From assembly GCA_047967505.1 (NCBI GenBank), contig CM106538.1: DNA of 64,000 nt; one strand, written 5' to 3'. Both the position numbers and the translations under genes were made by a program. The stretch is from Dipteris shenzhenensis (taxonomy: Eukaryota). Of this stretch, positions 60,260-64,000 are shown one piece after another. How positions within the stretch are numbered: the stretch's first letter is position 1; every line of letters starts with the position of its first letter. A model generated the notes under the pieces. That model was not told where the DNA came from. It saw nothing but the letters and a program-made list of their open reading frames with translations, and did no database searches.

Positions 60260-60699
60260 AGATGCAAATAGATTCTAGTACTATTACAAGTGTTTATCAA
60301 TAGTATGAATTATTTCTATGGGCAAAACAATCCATGGTCGACATGTCCTATCAATTTTCATGCATGTGGGATGTTATCATTGACTCGTAGAATATGAGGC
60401 ATATTGGAGTGGTAGCACTGCCACAGCAGAGGTGTGTACTACACATCCATATCCAAGCCAACCTTATCATCCACATATTTGGAACGACCTTTGATATATG
60501 GTAGAAGTTCCATGGTAGGATGCTTGAAGGACTGAAACTACAAAGGTGCTACTACAAACATACAAAATATATACCTATAGCATCACAATTGACAATCACA
60601 AGGTTGATCTTGACAAGTGGTCACTCGCAGAGATTTTCGGGCTTGCCCTAATGCCATTAGGATCATCAAAGCACTAGAATGAATGGATTCTATCTCATT

Positions 60700-62050
60700 G
60701 CAATTCTTCCAACCTCAGAGCCTCTAGTAGACCCAAGGCTACCTAATAAGTAATAATAAGGCAATACATGCAACCATTTTTTTGTTTCATGTCTGAGTAT
60801 ATTGGATTAAAGAAAAGTACATGTTATATTCTCCAAATGTATGGAGTCAAAGCTCTTGTGTCCTATGTAGATCAAGTGTAGGTTGATGGGCTCGCTATTT
60901 TTATGAAAAACTTTCTCTCATAGCTTGAGCATGTCTGCTTTACTAGTCAAGCACAGTGCAAGTTAGGATTGCACCTCTGTGTGATTAGGTACAGATAAGC
61001 TTTGAGGGAAGCTATGTGGCATGACCTGTTGTAGATTCAATTGCTAGCACCACAAATCAATTTGAATAAAATGGCTAGTGGCTCTAGAGTGGTTGCACAT
61101 CAAGCATTATCTTGGAAGCAATCGGTACATTAGGCATGACTCAGAGGCCACTGACAAAACTAGCATAGGAACTACCTTGGGAGCCATAGGAGGATCTAGA
61201 GTGGTATCAAGAACAACCAATGGGTCAGAGGATGATGACATTGAACCAAATGATGTATCATGGAGACATTGTCTCAACCCCCCCCCCTCTTCCACTACTA
61301 CCGACTCCCAAGGATTTTCACTCGGAGAAACACTATGACTTTCTAGCTCCATAGAGGTGTACCCCAGATTCTTGAGGCTCGGCCATCCTCAGCCCCAAAT
61401 GTGAATCCCTTGTCATCTTCATAATCAGTTCTGATCCATACTCGATGTCTAATCCATATTCCTTGACGACAATAGAGCCTCAACAATCTCTGAACATAAT
61501 TGTATTCCATCACTACCCCCTGAGAAACAACCATCTCCAAACTAGCTAATTGAGGAGCCACTCCAAGTAGAGAACTAGGGGCAAGCAAATGTGGATGTGT
61601 CTAGTCCCAAGGGGAAAGAGAGTGTAGATGCACCCAACAAAAAAATTCCTCAAGCTGAGCCCAGTGAAGCCATTAAGGAGACTGGGACTTTTGAGTCTCA
61701 GGAAAAGTGTATTGATGGACATCTAACTGAAGAAGTGGGCTCTTAGTTTGACATAGTAGAGAGAGCAGTTAGCGCGGTGATAAGCAAGACACCACCACCA
61801 AAATTTCTAAATAAGTCACAATAGAGACTGAGTAGGCAAATCCTCAGAAAGACCGAGCCCAAAGTACAAGAGAAAACCAAGCTGGAAATACCAGTTGAGC
61901 ATGTAAAGGCAACAATAGAGGCTAAACTGGTGGACACCTCAACCGAGTACAACAGGATGTTGACATAGCCTAAGTGTCTGAAAATGGAGTACAGGCTCAA
62001 TTGGACACAAAAGCTAAAGGTTTTGTGGTTGAACTTTAAAATCTTAGGGA
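60700..62050 (+). pseudogene. Degraded ORF with low-complexity acidic/Pro/Lys-rich region, possibly a TE accessory protein
   Basis: Coding-like fragments (SEDDDIEP, PPPSS, KGKESVD, EHVKATIEAKLVD) broken by stops. No domain recognised. Confidence 0.3.
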
Positions 62051-63153
62051 TGATTCAAGTGGACAGTTGACTATTCTACAGATACTTGCCAACACAATCT
62101 TAGGCTAGGACACATAGTCAACATGCCTTGCCTAAGTAGCTATAAGTCCTATGATAAATTATAGGGATACTACCACAAAATAGGAGGGTGATCAAATGGA
62201 CTACCTTGTTCTAACCCGACCGGTATCAACAGTGCATGCACCTCGAGATGTACTACGATACACATATTGAAAGATTTCATTGTGTTAAATTTAAAAATGT
62301 TAACACTATGCTATCTTCTTTCTCGACACAGCTGCCTAGGCACCCATCCCTAGTTAATAAAAATATCTACCTTTTTTTTTTGGCAGGGGGGGGGGAGAGT
62401 GCATAATTCGGCGTAGGCACCACCTCCTATTATCTTACTATTAGTAATTTGCAAGCTGCCATGTGGTGCCCAAAGGGCTTGCCACATGGCATGAGTTGGG
62501 GTGACTTGAGAGGTCTAAATATGGAAGATGGGGGATTTCAAAATTCCAGCGGAAGCTCTACCTTGCCACCCATTCATTACCCAAGTTTTTCCCCCTTGTC
62601 AGTAGAAGACGTAGACATGTCCCTCCATCAAATTCAAGTGTCTCTCCTGTGCTTGGTAGCTCCCTCTAACTCCTTTGCCCAGGAACCCATAATCCATCAT
62701 CCCCTTTCTTTCATGTCAAAAAATGTGTTGCGACAAGCCTAGGGGCTCTCCTAACAACTTCTATGAGTCACACTTTCTCTAAGTGCAACTAATGCTCATC
62801 GAACGCGTAGGGGGTGCACTACTAAAAAACCCCACGTATCACCGTGTGTTCAAGGGGTATTTAAAAGACCCCTCAACTACAACTTCCCCCTAATAAAACC
62901 ACCCCTCTTTTTACCGATGAACTAATGGATTTTTTACTAAATTTGAATTTAAAAACCCCTCCTAGTATTGTAATATTGTTAAGCTTTTACCTTGAGTTAA
63001 AATTAAAAAGCCCTCCTTTTGAATGCATGTGATACACTAACATTCTGTGAGGTAAACCCCCTAAGATCAAACGAGATGATTTCTTATGTGCTTGATGAAT
63101 GAGTGATCTCTCCTATGCTTTGCTGCCAAGTACTTTCATGGGAAATTTCAGGA

Positions 63154-63435
63154 TGGCTAGAGTGCGAGGGGACAAGCCGGAGGACGGGGAAAGGGAACTT
63201 TTTGTGAGATTCAAAAGACTCGTGCTGCTTTTGAGCAGACTGTAATGAAGAGTTGGGAGATTGGAGATCAAGAGCTAGCAATAGCAAGTCTTCGATCACG
63301 TATTTCCGCTGCTCCAGAGCCTTCAATGGCAAAACGTCTCAAAAGTGGTCACAATAAAGAAGATGTTCTTGTCCTTACTTGTGATTAAAGCGGATGCTGG
63401 AACAAGCAACAGTGATCTGCCTAGCAATACATCAG
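63154..63435 (+). pseudogene. Possible frameshifted exon of an unknown gene or DNA-transposon gene
   Basis: MARVRGDKPEDGERELF, then in a shifted frame EIQKTRAAFEQ...SMAKRLKSGH, ending at CAG|GTAATG. A further candidate acceptor lies at about 63796. Confidence 0.25.
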
Positions 63436-64000
63436 GTAATGATCATTAACCATGTGCCAATGTTGGAGATGATTACATATCGTTGCATTATTTGAGATGG
63501 ATTGATTTCATAGGCAAGGCAGCATTCTTTAAACGAAAAGCTGTGCTTTGTACTTTTAAGTACTAGTGTCTCTCAAAGAGTCATAATTGAGTTTTGGGTC
63601 TCCTGCCAAATCTGCATGTGTCTCAGCCTTCTAGTTTCTGTTCTACCAAGTGCCTACCGTAATTGTGAACTTTAGGACAGCACTCGTTCAACTGCAAACC
63701 AATGAGTACTAACTACAGCATTTGTATATGGGATTCATTTCCTTCTTTTTCCTCTACACAAATTACTTTCTATCAGTCTTTGCCAGTTGCTTACAGTGGC
63801 GCAATGATCAGTTCACATTATATCATAACAATGAATTCAATATTGGTTTTTTGTATGACAAGAATGTTTCTTTATCCAACATTGCTTTGTCATTCAATAT
63901 TGGAACAATGCTCGATCTTCTCAAAATGGGCTATTTGGTTATTTCGCCCTTCGATTCTTCTTGATACTTTTGGTTTCTGGGTAGGTAATCACGTACTCTT

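Overview
This is a eukaryotic, land-plant genomic window dominated by nested transposable elements. A fern-like host is my inference from the long intron, RTEX-like LINEs and divergent LTR families, and it is not proven. Two host genes are supported: the last exon of a serine hydroxymethyltransferase (+, 17386-17624) and a complete two-exon ASR3-like trihelix transcription factor (-, 38662-37599). The previous SHMT exon is not in the window, so bases 1-17385 are probably one giant intron. That intron holds an intact, very young Ty3/gypsy chromovirus (3291-9831, LTRs differing by 1 nt by eye, CTGTA target-site duplication), degraded chromoviruses and the 5' part of a LINE with an animal-type coiled-coil/RRM ORF1. 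The rest of the window holds degraded copia, non-chromovirus gypsy, L1 and RTEX-like LINE remnants, a solo LTR, foldback modules, compound CA/TG tracts and many microhomology-bounded tandem duplications. The best novelty candidate is a small ORF just downstream of the TATA box in two divergent chromovirus LTRs. The two ORFs share a gap-free GL-x5-WYGTPG-x5-W-x4-VA-x5-G pattern with several synonymous third-position changes, which suggests an LTR-encoded peptide under selection. All alignments were done by eye.
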